Notes: generated from the letters alone by a model not told the origin. Positions 1-10,102 are shown, counted from the first letter of the stretch. The stretch is DNA of 64,000 nt from a bacterium (GCA_965200245.1 CBDATS010000004.1:1248001-1312000); one strand, 5' to 3'. Numbers and translations: made by a program.

Positions 1-131
1 GGCATGTTGTTGTCGAGCAGAGCGATGCGCAGCCCTTTGAGGCCCTTCACGGAGGCGCCTGCGATCGGAGCGTCCTCGACCGCCACGGCGGCGATGGGAT
101 TGATGATTTCGATTCGAGCGTTCTCGCCCAT
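1..131 (-). CDS. 5' part of a gene running off the window; resembles the N-terminus of UGSC-family (seleno)thioredoxin-like proteins
   Basis: ATG at 131 with SD GGAAGGAG upstream; translates MGENARIEIINPIAAVAVEDAPIAGASVKGLKGLRIALLDNNM..., like the 'L-x-G-x-x-I-x-L-L-D-N' motif; not in the ORF track. Confidence 0.5.
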   Translation of the reverse strand, partial: MGENARIEIINPIAAVAVEDAPIAGASVKGLKGLRIALLDNNM

Positions 132-766
132 ATGTAGACTCCTTCCCCCATACGCGGAAAACGCGAATTTTCGGTGGCTGGCTCGTTCGCAAGCCTGTCC
201 TCGATTCTGTTCCGATGATTCAACTATAAACAAGAAGCCGATGAGGTGTCAATAATTCCGGATGCGCGTTCAGTGGCAGACCGGAGTGTTCAGGGATTGT
301 GCGGCGGCGATTCATTGCTTGGGAGTAAAGCCCCGTTCCCCTGCGCGGCGGCACACTCCAGACTGCGTCCGGCTTGGTTCGCGACTGCGGCACCGCTTGT
401 GCGCCAGGCAATTCTGCCGCCTGTGTGCGTTCGAGTGCCGCAATGGCGGAAGCCCTCCACCTCCAGGTGCACGAGCGCCCGGCACAGGCAACGGAACTAC
501 TCCTCGATCAAGATCCATACCGCAGAACCCTTCCTCTCCGATAATGTTCCCCACCACCGTAAACGATTCCTACACCCTTCGCTGCAGACAAGTACGACAT
601 GATATTCGCCAAGGCTAAAGGATATTCGTGCGTACGGGATGGCGATTGCGGCGGTTACCGTTCAAGTGATGGGGATTGGGGGTACGGGTGGCTTCCCCGC
701 CTGCAGAAGCGAGGGGGGCCAGAATTCATAAAGAGACTCGGGAGGATACGTGAGTTATCCCTAAAT

Positions 767-2119
767 ATGGGAATTATATACTTGACTCCCTTTGCCCCCC
801 TCAAGGTTAACCAGATATACCACGGCGATAACCTCTACTTCATGTCGGACATGCCAGATGAAAGTATCGATTTGATCTACATCGATCCTCCGTTCGGAAC
901 ACAGAGTCTCTGGCAATCGAAAGCATTCAGGGAAAAGGTCCAGGAACTGCAGTTTTACGATATCCGGGGCGGCGGGGTGAACGGGTACGTGAATTTCATG
1001 GTGGAAAGACTGAGACGCATGCACCGGCTTCTCAAACCGACCGGCTCCCTGTTCGTTCATCTGGACTGGAGGATGTCGCATTATATCAAAATCGAACTGG
1101 ACGGGATTTTCGGTGTCAGGAGCCCGGCGCAGAACAACACGAATTTCATCAATGAAATTGTCTGGTGTTACACCGATCCGGCCGGACGGAGGAATGCGAG
1201 ATATTACAAGAAAACGCACGATGTGATTTTATGGTATTCGAAAAATCGGAAGAAATACAAAGCCAGTAAAATTGCGAGAGCTCCGTTATCGGAATCAACT
1301 ATCAGGCGGTATGGCCGGTATTTTGACGATAAGGGCCGGATTACCTATGCCAGACTCAAGGAGACGAATCCCGGAGCGTTCAATGGCCTTAAATCGGTCC
1401 CCGAAAACCTGAATGAAATCTGGCTCGATAAAAACAGGGGAACCACGGCATCCGATTGGTGGAGTGATATTACTCCCGTCAAAAGAAAGGGGCGGGCCAG
1501 AAAGCAAAGGAAAAAGTGGAATGGCCAACGAAAAAGCCCCTTTCTCTTTTGGAACGCATCATCGAAACCGTAACGGAAGAAAATGATATCGTTGCGGATT
1601 TTTTCTGTGGTTGCGGTACGACTATCGTTGCCGCCCATCTTCTGAATAGATTATGGATTGGCTGCGATGCCAGCAAAACAGCATGTGATGTTATGAGAGA
1701 CGAGATGCTGGCATATCATTCATTGTTTGTGAATATGGACGTCAAGCCTCTTTCAGGGAAGGATTTCCGGGATCTCCCTCACTTTGAATTCGAGAAGGCC
1801 GCTGTTCGTTATATCGGCGGAGTCACGAATCATGCGCAGGCAGGCGATGGCGGCATTGACGGAAGGCTGGCATTCGATGGAACGCCTATCCAGGTCAGGA
1901 AAGCACGCAGGCCAATAGGGGATACCGACAGTTTCAGGGGGTTCTATCAACCCGTCAGACAGCATGGACGCGGAATATACATTTCGTTGAGCGGCTATAC
2001 CGCCAGGGCCAGAACGGGCGGCAGGATGGGCACGGGAAGGGCTTGATGTTCAGCTATTGACTGTTGACGATGCTCTTGAAGGAAATTTCAGGGAACAGAG
2101 GAAACAAGGCACTAAATAG
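767..2119 (+). pseudogene. Beta-class N4/N6 DNA methyltransferase fused to a C-terminal Mrr-like endonuclease domain, with two frameshifts
   Basis: Motif IV DLIYIDPPF in ORF 599-1573; PTKKP and motif I DFFCGCGTT in ORF 1516-2046 (shift near 1500); Mrr-like FE..GDGGIDG..IQVRK; second shift near 2010 restores ...WAREGLDVQLLTVDDALEGNF... to TAG at 2117-2119. Confidence 0.8.
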
Positions 2120-2124
2120 GAAGC

Positions 2125-2616
2125 ATGAACGATTATCTCGACTACCTGATTGAAGCGCTGCATGACGATCTCGACGCAGAGCGTGACGAGATCATGGAAT
2201 CCCCGGATCCATATGATGCCGCATTTGAAATCATGGACGATCTGCTCATCGAGAAGAATGTAGAACCCGGCGATACTGCAATGGGTATATTACCTGGAGT
2301 CATTTACGACTGGTTTGAAAAGGATTTAATTGAAGAGGGCGTCAGATAGGATAACCCCAAGAAAGACAAAAATATAGGGAAACATGCATTCAAAAAACTG
2401 GAAGGACAGGGAGTATCGTTTGTTGATGTTCAACCATTGTTCTGGAAAAATGCCGACTCTGATGTGCATTTTCTGTATGTGGAAGGAAGTTTAGAAAACC
2501 CTAACATGAGAGAACACAGATGGCGATTTCTGGGATGGTGGTTCAACCCCGATACCGAGGAAACGAGATATTATCAGGGCGTTTGTACCGTTAAAAAAGA
2601 GGTTATATTCGTCTAA
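2125..2616 (+). pseudogene. Hypothetical protein interrupted by an in-frame TAG at 2347-2349
   Basis: ORF 2125-2349 continues in the same frame for 88 stop-free codons after the TAG (DNPKKDK...RWRFLGWWFNP...IFV*). Confidence 0.55.
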
Positions 2617-2640
2617 TCACGGCGCAAAGGAGAACTGAAA

Positions 2641-2906
2641 ATGGTTACGAAAGGACGTTCAGGCAAAGGCAAAAAAGGGGCAAGAACGATATTATCATGG
2701 GGACAAATGGCTACTTTAAGGGAAAATATTATTATAGCGAAGGGAAAAGATATCTCCGATACCATGATGACATGACCCCCGAAGAAGTGGACAAGTGCAA
2801 GTTGATAAGTCCAACGGAAGCATATGAGCTATACAAGGACGTGAAATGGGAAAAAGGCGTCCTTAAAAAAGGAAGCACTGTAATATATGATCCATCCGAA
2901 GATTAG
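2641..2906 (+). pseudogene. Small basic hypothetical protein, frameshifted near an A6G4 run
   Basis: Strong SD AAAGGAG before ATG 2641 (MVTKGRSGKGKKG); coding-like frame continues as ORF 2697-2906 after AAAAAAGGGG (2671-2680). Confidence 0.45.
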
Positions 2907-3400
2907 TTTCCACTATAGGCTCCATAAAAAAGCTCTGGTAGAGGGAATGATCACGTCTGACAAGCGGCCAACAGTAAAGCTCGTCAAGCCATCATATCAA
3001 CCGGGCAAGTCCGAATTGAATGCCGACCTGCGGATAAAAGCGACCTTTTGAGCAAGCTATAAAGGCATTGGGAAAGAACGTGAACGTCAAGTATGTGGAC
3101 AGCCCGAAGAACAGCTAGGTCTTCCGTTTCGGCACTTTCGTATATAATTCCGCTAAATATTATCCAGCATTTACAGGATCTGGCCGTTCGCTTCTTTTCG
3201 GTATCTTCCCTCCTGCCGATATGCAATCAAACGGATACGAACACACAGAATACGAGAGCAAGAGACATAAATATAACGAAAATACAGAAAAAACAAGAGC
3301 ACTAAAGTTCAGTACGTAATAACAATCAGCAACTTTTATAACATGAACGCGGTCCGTCGAACCATTGCGAAACAGGAAGTTTCGTGTTGCGGCTTTTTTC

Positions 3401-3516
3401 GTCATTCCGGTGCATGCCGGAATCCATTTCTTTTGTCTTTTGTTCTGTGATTGGTTCCCGCCAAGACGGGGAGAGAAAAAACCGGAGTATTGTCACTCCA
3501 CTCGGGAATGGATTCC
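3401..3516. repeat. Cluster of REP-like palindromes of the GTCATTCCCGC-N4-GCGGGAATCCA type
   Basis: GTCATTCCGGTGCATGCCGGAATCCA (3401-3426), inverted degenerate copy TGGTTCCCGCCAAGACGGGGAGAGA (3452-3476), partial copy at 3491-3516. Confidence 0.6.
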
Positions 3517-3675
3517 GCAGCCCTTCCTCCCTTGGTCGGGACTGACACCAGAACACTAGCGGTAGTCAACTCCGGGCGAAGAAGGGTTTTTCAGCAACCC
3601 CGTATGCGCCCCCAAATAGCGTCGCCAACCCAATAACGCGCAAGCCTTTCAGAAAAAGATGCCTGCTTCCAGAAC

Positions 3676-4536
3676 TCACACCTCGCGAGAGCGCTGGATG
3701 CGGCGCAACTCCCGCAGCGTAAGGTGTAAATCCTCGTCCCGTAGCGTGGGAGATGCGATGCGCGCGCGCCGCACGTTCGCCGTGTCCACTTCCGTGACGA
3801 GCAACTGCACCTCCGCTCGCTCTGCCTGGGCGAGCGGTTCCCCGCTGGGGGCGAGGATCTCCGATCCACCCCAGAAGTTGATACCATCCTCATATCCCAC
3901 GCGGTTGCTGAATACGACGTGCTGGTTGTAGGCCGCGGCGTAGGTTCTCGTGAGCGACTGCCAGACGCGCTGGATGGAGAGTCCGCCCTTGCCGTTTGCC
4001 TTGTTCACCCCGCGCGCGGGGCTCGCCGAGGGGACGATCAGCAAATCCGCGCCGTCGAGCGAAGCAATGCCCGCCAGGCTCGGATGCCAAGCGTCTTCAC
4101 AGATGAGAATGGCCGCGCGCCCGAATTTGGTGTCGAAGGTACGCACCTTGTCCCCCCGGCCCACGTAGCGGTTCTCATCGAACAGTCCGTAAGTCGGTAG
4201 ATACACCTTGCGGTGCACATGGAGAAGATTGCCGCCCTCGAAATAGGCGGCGGAGTTGAAAAACCCGTGCCTGCCTGACTCTTCCACGAAGCCCACCACG
4301 AGGGAAACCTTGTCGCTCAAGGCGGCAACTTCTTTCATCGGTGCGGTATTGCATCGAACAGCTACCTCGGGAACCATGTCCTTCAGGAAATAGCCGGTGA
4401 GCGAGAGTTCGGGAAAGACAAGGAGATCAACACCTTGCGCTTCGGCCTTTCGCACCTCCTCTACCAGCAATTCGCGGTTCGCATCGAGGTTCCCGAGCCT
4501 CGGGCTTATTTGAGCCGCCGCCGCCAGAAATTTCAT
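3676..4536 (-). CDS. Nitrilase/carbon-nitrogen hydrolase family protein
   Basis: Catalytic triad motifs FPELSLTGY, HRKVYLPTYGLFDE, ICED. Confidence 0.9.
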   Translation of the reverse strand: MKFLAAAAQISPRLGNLDANRELLVEEVRKAEAQGVDLLVFPELSLTGYFLKDMVPEVAVRCNTAPMKEVAALSDKVSLVVGFVEESGRHGFFNSAAYFEGGNLLHVHRKVYLPTYGLFDENRYVGRGDKVRTFDTKFGRAAILICEDAWHPSLAGIASLDGADLLIVPSASPARGVNKANGKGGLSIQRVWQSLTRTYAAAYNQHVVFSNRVGYEDGINFWGGSEILAPSGEPLAQAERAEVQLLVTEVDTANVRRARIASPTLRDEDLHLTLRELRRIQRSREV

Positions 4537-4665
4537 GTTGGCTTCCTGTCAAGATAGAACCGGAGATTCAAACCCTTCTGCGCCCGGCTGCGATGAAACG
4601 CTGCGGGCTCACCATTGCCTAGCACATTATCGGGAACCAAAGGAAACAGGTGCGGGAAATCCGGC

Positions 4666-5040
4666 TCAGACGAAGAGCTTCGTTTCCGCCCCTTTGGTTT
4701 TCCTCATGAACTCGGGCAGGCTGATGATCTCGTCCACGACATCCGCCACATCCTCCACTGCCATTCCCAAAAGTTTTGGCTGCGCGGCGCAAGCGTATAG
4801 TTTCAGTTTCCCCAGTCTCCTTGCGGACTCGATGAGTTCTTCCGCCGAATGCGCCCCGCGTGCGCCCCCTGCTGCGGGAAGCACATTATCAAGATCATCA
4901 TTCACGAATCTCCTGAGCGCGGCAAAAAAAAGAATGACATGCACATCATCTCCGTTCGCGGCTGCACTTGCCGCCAAGGCAGCTATCTGGTGGATGCGCT
5001 CGGCATCGCCGCTGTTGGCGTATATGACAAACTCGGACAT
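4666..5040 (-). CDS. DsrE/DsrF-like family protein
   Basis: 124 aa; 'AAANGDDVHVILFF' and 'KLYAC' segments typical of DsrE-like proteins. Confidence 0.7.
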   Translation of the reverse strand: MSEFVIYANSGDAERIHQIAALAASAAANGDDVHVILFFAALRRFVNDDLDNVLPAAGGARGAHSAEELIESARRLGKLKLYACAAQPKLLGMAVEDVADVVDEIISLPEFMRKTKGAETKLFV

Positions 5041-5070
5041 GTGGACCTTAATGGATGCGCCGGGGAAGCA

Positions 5071-5370
5071 TCACTCGAAATCTTTCGGCTTTACGTTTTC
5101 GAAGTCATAATCGGGCAGGTCCGAACGGGCTGGTGGATCGACACCCTCATCCTGCATATAACGGGGTTTCGGTTTCGAGGCCAGAAGGTGGGCGATCAAA
5201 CGATAGAGTCCATAAATCAGGCCAAAAGTCGCGACAAGCCAGAGTGCTCCCGTGAAATCACGGTGATAGAAGAAGTACGCAAGACCCAGCCAGAAAACAA
5301 ATCCGGTGAATTTACCCAAAGCCGATCGATCGTTCTCCATCGCCAGCCGCCTTCCTCGAATCATTCCCAA
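5071..5370 (-). CDS. Small hypothetical membrane protein with two TM helices
   Basis: Two hydrophobic stretches; co-oriented and closely spaced in the par operon. Confidence 0.6.
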   Translation of the reverse strand: MGMIRGRRLAMENDRSALGKFTGFVFWLGLAYFFYHRDFTGALWLVATFGLIYGLYRLIAHLLASKPKPRYMQDEGVDPPARSDLPDYDFENVKPKDFE

Positions 5371-5376
5371 GCGCGT

Positions 5377-5823
5377 TCAGTCCGCCTCGGAAGCGGGCGA
5401 CACGGACTCGCTCTCTTCAGTATCCGCTTTCACCGCTTCAGGGTCTTCCTCTGTATCCTCCGCGCTCGCCACCGCGTCTGTTCGATCACCCGTCATGTGG
5501 CAGGCGCCCTCGAACACAGCACCTTCTTCTATATATATGCTCGGCGTGAAAATCTCGCCGCTCACGTGCGAGCCGACTCTCACCTCACATTTTTCACTGG
5601 TTTGTATCTTGCCTTCCATACGGCCCATCACGATTACGACGCCGGCCTTGACGTCCCCCTTCACCTTCGCTGCGGTCCCGATTATAAAAGTGTCGTCCGT
5701 GATGACCTCACCCTCCAGGACACCGTCCACGCGCACGGTTCCCTCGAAGGTAATGACTCCCTTGAATTCGGTGCCTTCCCCCAGAAAGGCGCGAATGCTC
5801 TTCTCGTAGTTTTTCGCCATCAT
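5377..5823 (-). CDS. Bactofilin (polymer-forming cytoskeletal protein)
   Basis: FLGEGTEFKGVITFEGTVRVDG...IEEGAVFEG signature; acidic tail. Confidence 0.9.
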   Translation of the reverse strand: MMAKNYEKSIRAFLGEGTEFKGVITFEGTVRVDGVLEGEVITDDTFIIGTAAKVKGDVKAGVVIVMGRMEGKIQTSEKCEVRVGSHVSGEIFTPSIYIEEGAVFEGACHMTGDRTDAVASAEDTEEDPEAVKADTEESESVSPASEAD

Positions 5824-5858
5824 CGACCCTCACGTGATTCCCGATGAGAAAACCGGAG

Positions 5859-6785
5859 CTAACAAAGTCGCTGGAGCAATCCCTCAAGCGTCTCTCTCGT
5901 ATAATACTCTATTTCTATCTTTCCGCTCTCCCCGTCTCCTGAAATTGCGACTTTTGCTCCGAGTGCGCTTCGGAGCCGTTCGGCTGCCTCGCGCAGATAA
6001 AGCGCCTGCGGCCCCGTCGGGCCGCTTTGGGGAGCGAGGCGAGGCGAGGGTTCCCTCTTCTCGCTCCCGCCCTCGAGCGCGCGTCGAATCCGCATCTCAA
6101 GCTGGCGCACCGAGAGTTTCTTCTCCGTGGCGGCACCGGCGTGACTCGCCATCTCTTCTTCCGTGCGCAAGGCGAGGAGTGCCCTGGCATGCCCCATGGA
6201 GAGAAGTCCTGCGGCCACGCTCTCCTGAACCGAGGCGGGCAGATTGAGCAGGCGGACATAGTTCGCGACTGTGGAGCGATCCTTGCCCACGCGAGAGGCG
6301 ACTTCTTCCTGCGTTAGACCCAGGCGTTCCATCATGCTCGCGTATGCTGCCGCTTCCTCCATGGGGTTCAAGTCCGCGCGTTGCACGTTCTCGACGATGG
6401 CGAGTTCGAGCGTTTCGTTTCCCCCGGCGTCGGTCAGGATAACGGGAACCTCTTCGACTTCCGCCAAGCGCGCAGCGCGCCAGCGGCGCTCCCCGGCCAC
6501 GATTTCATGCCCCCCGCTTGCGGTGCGCCGCACGAGAAGGGGCTGGAGCACCCCGTAACGCTTCACGGATTGTGCGAGCCCGGCCAGATCCTCCTCGTCG
6601 AAATCGACGCGCGGCTGGTGAACGCCGGGGCTTAAGTGCTCCGGAGAAAGCCGTAACAGGATTCCTGCGTCCCCGGCGGCAGTTCGCGGAGATTCCAGCA
6701 CCGCTGGCGCGGGTTCCTGTGTCTCATGGGAAGCCAGCAGCGCGTCCAGGCCGCGTCCGAGCACTTTTTTTCTCGTCGTCGTCAT
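5859..6785 (-). CDS. parB: Chromosome partitioning protein ParB
   Basis: LGRGLDALL N-terminus, GVLQPLLVR, AGERRWRA, ENVQRADL. Confidence 0.97.
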   Translation of the reverse strand: MTTTRKKVLGRGLDALLASHETQEPAPAVLESPRTAAGDAGILLRLSPEHLSPGVHQPRVDFDEEDLAGLAQSVKRYGVLQPLLVRRTASGGHEIVAGERRWRAARLAEVEEVPVILTDAGGNETLELAIVENVQRADLNPMEEAAAYASMMERLGLTQEEVASRVGKDRSTVANYVRLLNLPASVQESVAAGLLSMGHARALLALRTEEEMASHAGAATEKKLSVRQLEMRIRRALEGGSEKREPSPRLAPQSGPTGPQALYLREAAERLRSALGAKVAISGDGESGKIEIEYYTRETLEGLLQRLC

Positions 6786-7627
6786 GTCTGGCTATTCATC
6801 CTTTCTTTCGAGCGCGCGATGAACTCGCCTGCAAGCGCGAGGTAGGCCTGCGCGCCCGGCGAGGATATGTCGTAGCCGATCACCGGTTTGCCGTGGCTCG
6901 GCGCCTCGGCCAAGCGCACGTTCCTGGGAATCACGACCCGGTAGATCAAATCCGGCAGATGAGAGCGTAAATCCTCGTTCACCTGACGAGAGAGGTTCGT
7001 TCTCGAATCATACATCGTGAGCAGGATTCCCCCTATTCTCAGGCCCGGATGAGCGCTCCCGCGTATCCGTTCCACCGTCTTCATCAGCCGGGCCAGGCCC
7101 TCAAGGGCGAAATACTCCGCCTGAATGGGGATCAGCACTTCATCCGCCGTCCACAGGCTGTTCAGCGTGAGGAAGCCGAGTGAGGGCGGGCAGTCGATCA
7201 GGATATAGCGGAACTGGTTCCTGAGCGGCTTGATAATGTTACGCAGCCGGCTCTCCCTTTGCGGCAAATCAGCTATTTCGACTTCAGCACCCGCCAGGTC
7301 GATGGAAGAAGGTAAAATTTTAAGTCCTTTTATATCAGTTCTATATAAGGATTTATCGTCTATCGGATCACCCAGAACGAGCGCCCGGTAGAGCGAAGAG
7401 GCAGGAGAAAATATACCGAAACTACTCGTCGCGTTCGATTGTGGGTCCATGTCAACCAGCAGCGTCGGCTGGTTCGCCACAGCAAGGCAGGCTGCGAGAT
7501 TGACGGCCGTCGTCGTCTTGCCGACGCCACCCTTTTGGTTCACGACGGCCACGACCGTACTGTGGCCATCGTTCGTGCTGGCTTCAGGAACGTCGGGGGA
7601 AATGGTTGCTCCGAATGTGGTTTCCAT
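6782..7627 (-). CDS. parA: Chromosome partitioning ATPase ParA/Soj
   Basis: Deviant Walker A NQKGGVGKTT, DMDPQSN, DCPPSLG, EAPSHGKP. Confidence 0.97.
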   Translation of the reverse strand: METTFGATISPDVPEASTNDGHSTVVAVVNQKGGVGKTTTAVNLAACLAVANQPTLLVDMDPQSNATSSFGIFSPASSLYRALVLGDPIDDKSLYRTDIKGLKILPSSIDLAGAEVEIADLPQRESRLRNIIKPLRNQFRYILIDCPPSLGFLTLNSLWTADEVLIPIQAEYFALEGLARLMKTVERIRGSAHPGLRIGGILLTMYDSRTNLSRQVNEDLRSHLPDLIYRVVIPRNVRLAEAPSHGKPVIGYDISSPGAQAYLALAGEFIARSKERMNSQT

Positions 7628-7703
7628 GGTCGGTTATCGGGGCGGATGAATAGGGGTCTTCGTGACAAAAGATTCTCACACCACACCTGAAAATTCAACC
7701 GGA

Positions 7704-7719
7704 TGTTTCACGTGGAACC
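7704..7719. promoter_or_regulatory. parS site 1
   Basis: TGTTTCACGTGGAACC versus consensus TGTTTCACGTGAAACA; upstream of parA. Confidence 0.85.
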
Positions 7720-7750
7720 GTATTTTCCTTCGTCATACCTGCCAGAGAAA

Positions 7751-7766
7751 TGTTTCACGTGGAACA
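7751..7766. promoter_or_regulatory. parS site 2
   Basis: TGTTTCACGTGGAACA, one mismatch to consensus. Confidence 0.9.
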
Positions 7767-7924
7767 GTGGGCGAGGCTTGGAGACGTGCCGGGTACACTC
7801 TGGCAGGGACACAGTCTGTTGCTGCGGGGCACAAATGGTTGAATCGTGAGGACAGTGGCGATATCGTAAGGCGAGCTTACAGGATCGGCCCGCGACCCCC
7901 CCTCCCGAATCGAGTAAACTGGGA

Positions 7925-9844
7925 TCACGAAACAGGCAAGGAGGCCTCTTCCCGCGCATTTCCAGTCTGTTTGCGAATGTAGACCTCCAGCACAGCGACG
8001 GCGGCGGGTGTAACGCCCGATATACGGCTCGCCTGTCCGAGAGTCTTTGGACGTATCTGTTCGAGCCTTTGGCGGACCTCGGCTGTCAGGTGGCCCACAT
8101 CAGCGTAGGAGATGCCCTCGGGTATCCTTACCCTGTCGGCCATCCTTAAGTGATATACCTGCCGGTATTCCCTCTCGAAATACTCCTTGTATTTCACCTC
8201 CGCGAGCACGTATCGCCGCGATTCTCCGTCAAGCGCCTCCCAGGTCGCCCCGAAACACCCTCCGCCGACGGAATCAACGCGAATCGCCAGTTCCGGCCCG
8301 GCCTCGGGGCGTCTCAAGATGTCTCCCAGCGTAGCGGGCTTTTTGAGGGGTTTCGAACCCGCTGTCTCCATCGCGTTTCGAACGTCCGGTTTGGGGTTCA
8401 CCGTAGTCGATTCAAGATAGTCAATGGCCTCGCTCGCCCGTTTCGCCTTTTTCTGAAAAGCACTGTAGGTGGCCTCGTCCAGGGATCCGACCTTGCGGCC
8501 CAGTTCCATGAGCCTGAAATCCGCGTTGTCGTGGCGGAGCAGGAGCCTGTGTTCAGCACGGCTGGTGAACATCCGGTAGGGCTCCATCGTTCCCTTGGTG
8601 ATGAGGTCGTCAATCAGAACACCGATGTAGGCTTTTCCCCTGCTCAAAACGACGGGTTCCTCGCCGCGCAGGAAATGAACAGCGTTGATTCCTGCCATAA
8701 TCCCCTGGGAGGCGGCCTCCTCGTAGCCCGTCGTGCCGTTGATCTGGCCAGCGTGGAAGAGACCCGGCAACTTTTTCGTCATCAGATTCGGTCCCAGTTC
8801 AGTCGGCTCCACATAGTCGTACTCCACTGCGTAGCCCGGACGCATCATCTCGGCTCTTTCCAGCCCCTTGATTGTTCTCAACATTCGAATTTGCACGTCC
8901 ACCGGCAAACTGGTGGAAAGTCCGTTCACGTATATCTCACATGTCTCGCGTCCCTCGGGCTCCAGGAATATCTGGTGTTCCTGCTTGTCCTCGAAACGCA
9001 TAATCTTGTCCTCGATGCTCGGACAATATCGCACGCCGGTGGCGTCTATCTGACCGTTGTAGATCGGCGCACGATCGATGTTCTGCCGGATGACATCGTG
9101 CGTCTCAGGGTTCGTATATGTGATCCAGCACGGTATCTGTTCTTGTTCGATAGATCGCGTTCGGTATGAGAACGGAAGGGGTGGATTGTCGCCAAGCTGC
9201 ACTTCAAGTATTTGAAAATTAATGGATTTTGCGTCCAGACGCGGCGGCGTTCCCGTCTTCATCCGGCCGATGGCGAAGCCGAAAAAGACGAGTTGTTTTG
9301 TGATCTCGTTCGCCGAGCCCTCGCCCGCGCGGCCACCCTCGACCTTTCTGTCGCCATAATGGAGAAGCCCGCGCGTAAAGGTACCTGGCGTCAACACGAC
9401 CGCCCTGGCCTCCCAAGTTTCCCCGAAATGATTCTGCAGACCCGCCACAGCACCGTCCTTCACGAGGAGTCTTTGTACCATTCCCTGCTTGAGATCGAGG
9501 TTCTCCTGGCTTTCGACCGCGTTTTTCATGTACACGCGGTAGCGTTGCTTGCCCGCCTGGGCGCGCAGGGCTTGTACGGCGGGACCCTTCTTCGTGTTGA
9601 GCATCCGGAACTGGATGCCCGTTGCATCAATGGCACGAGCCATTTCGCCTCCCAGCGCGTCCACCTCGCGCACAAGAACGCCCTTCGCCAAGCCGCCGAT
9701 GGCCGGGTTGCACGACATGAGACCCACGGTGTCCAGATTCATCGTGAGCATCATGGTGCGCGCGCCCATACGCGCCGCAGCCAACGCCGCCTCGCAGCCA
9801 GCGTGTCCGCCGCCCACAACGACCACGTCATACGGAACCTTCAA
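7925..9844 (-). CDS. mnmG: tRNA uridine-5-carboxymethylaminomethyl(34) synthesis enzyme MnmG (GidA)
   Basis: [48 protein letters not shown]. Confidence 0.98.
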   Translation of the reverse strand: MKVPYDVVVVGGGHAGCEAALAAARMGARTMMLTMNLDTVGLMSCNPAIGGLAKGVLVREVDALGGEMARAIDATGIQFRMLNTKKGPAVQALRAQAGKQRYRVYMKNAVESQENLDLKQGMVQRLLVKDGAVAGLQNHFGETWEARAVVLTPGTFTRGLLHYGDRKVEGGRAGEGSANEITKQLVFFGFAIGRMKTGTPPRLDAKSINFQILEVQLGDNPPLPFSYRTRSIEQEQIPCWITYTNPETHDVIRQNIDRAPIYNGQIDATGVRYCPSIEDKIMRFEDKQEHQIFLEPEGRETCEIYVNGLSTSLPVDVQIRMLRTIKGLERAEMMRPGYAVEYDYVEPTELGPNLMTKKLPGLFHAGQINGTTGYEEAASQGIMAGINAVHFLRGEEPVVLSRGKAYIGVLIDDLITKGTMEPYRMFTSRAEHRLLLRHDNADFRLMELGRKVGSLDEATYSAFQKKAKRASEAIDYLESTTVNPKPDVRNAMETAGSKPLKKPATLGDILRRPEAGPELAIRVDSVGGGCFGATWEALDGESRRYVLAEVKYKEYFEREYRQVYHLRMADRVRIPEGISYADVGHLTAEVRQRLEQIRPKTLGQASRISGVTPAAVAVLEVYIRKQTGNAREEASLPVS

Positions 9845-9983
9845 GCGAAACCCTCCAGATATTCATAAGGTCAATGGCCAAAATACCAGACAATCCTGTT
9901 TTCCATAATGAGCTCGGTTGCGACCACCAATCCACAATCATACATCATCCCGTAAATACGAGATTATATACTTAACGATAAAT

Positions 9984-10031
9984 ACACATTATATAGACGA
10001 AATATATGTATATTGAAACCATATATAGTGG
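9984..10031. promoter_or_regulatory. Tandem NrdR-box-like pair in the AT-rich mnmE-mnmG spacer
   Basis: ACACATTATATAGACG (9984-9999) and AAACCATATATAGTGG (10016-10031) versus consensus acaCwAtATaTwGtgt; 32 bp start-to-start. Confidence 0.5.
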
Positions 10032-10102
10032 TTTTTATAGTCAGACACACAAATCCCCTTGGCATTCGTGTTTCAGGGAAGATGTAAATACCTCTTTCCC
10101 CC

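Noticed and set aside
200-600. Overlapping short ORFs, possible transposase remnant or ncRNA
   Set aside because: No recognisable motif, SD, terminal repeat pair or RNA signature; cannot be supported
599-766. N-terminal extension of the methyltransferase ORF
   Set aside because: Homology-like sequence starts at ATG 767; the upstream part does not look coding
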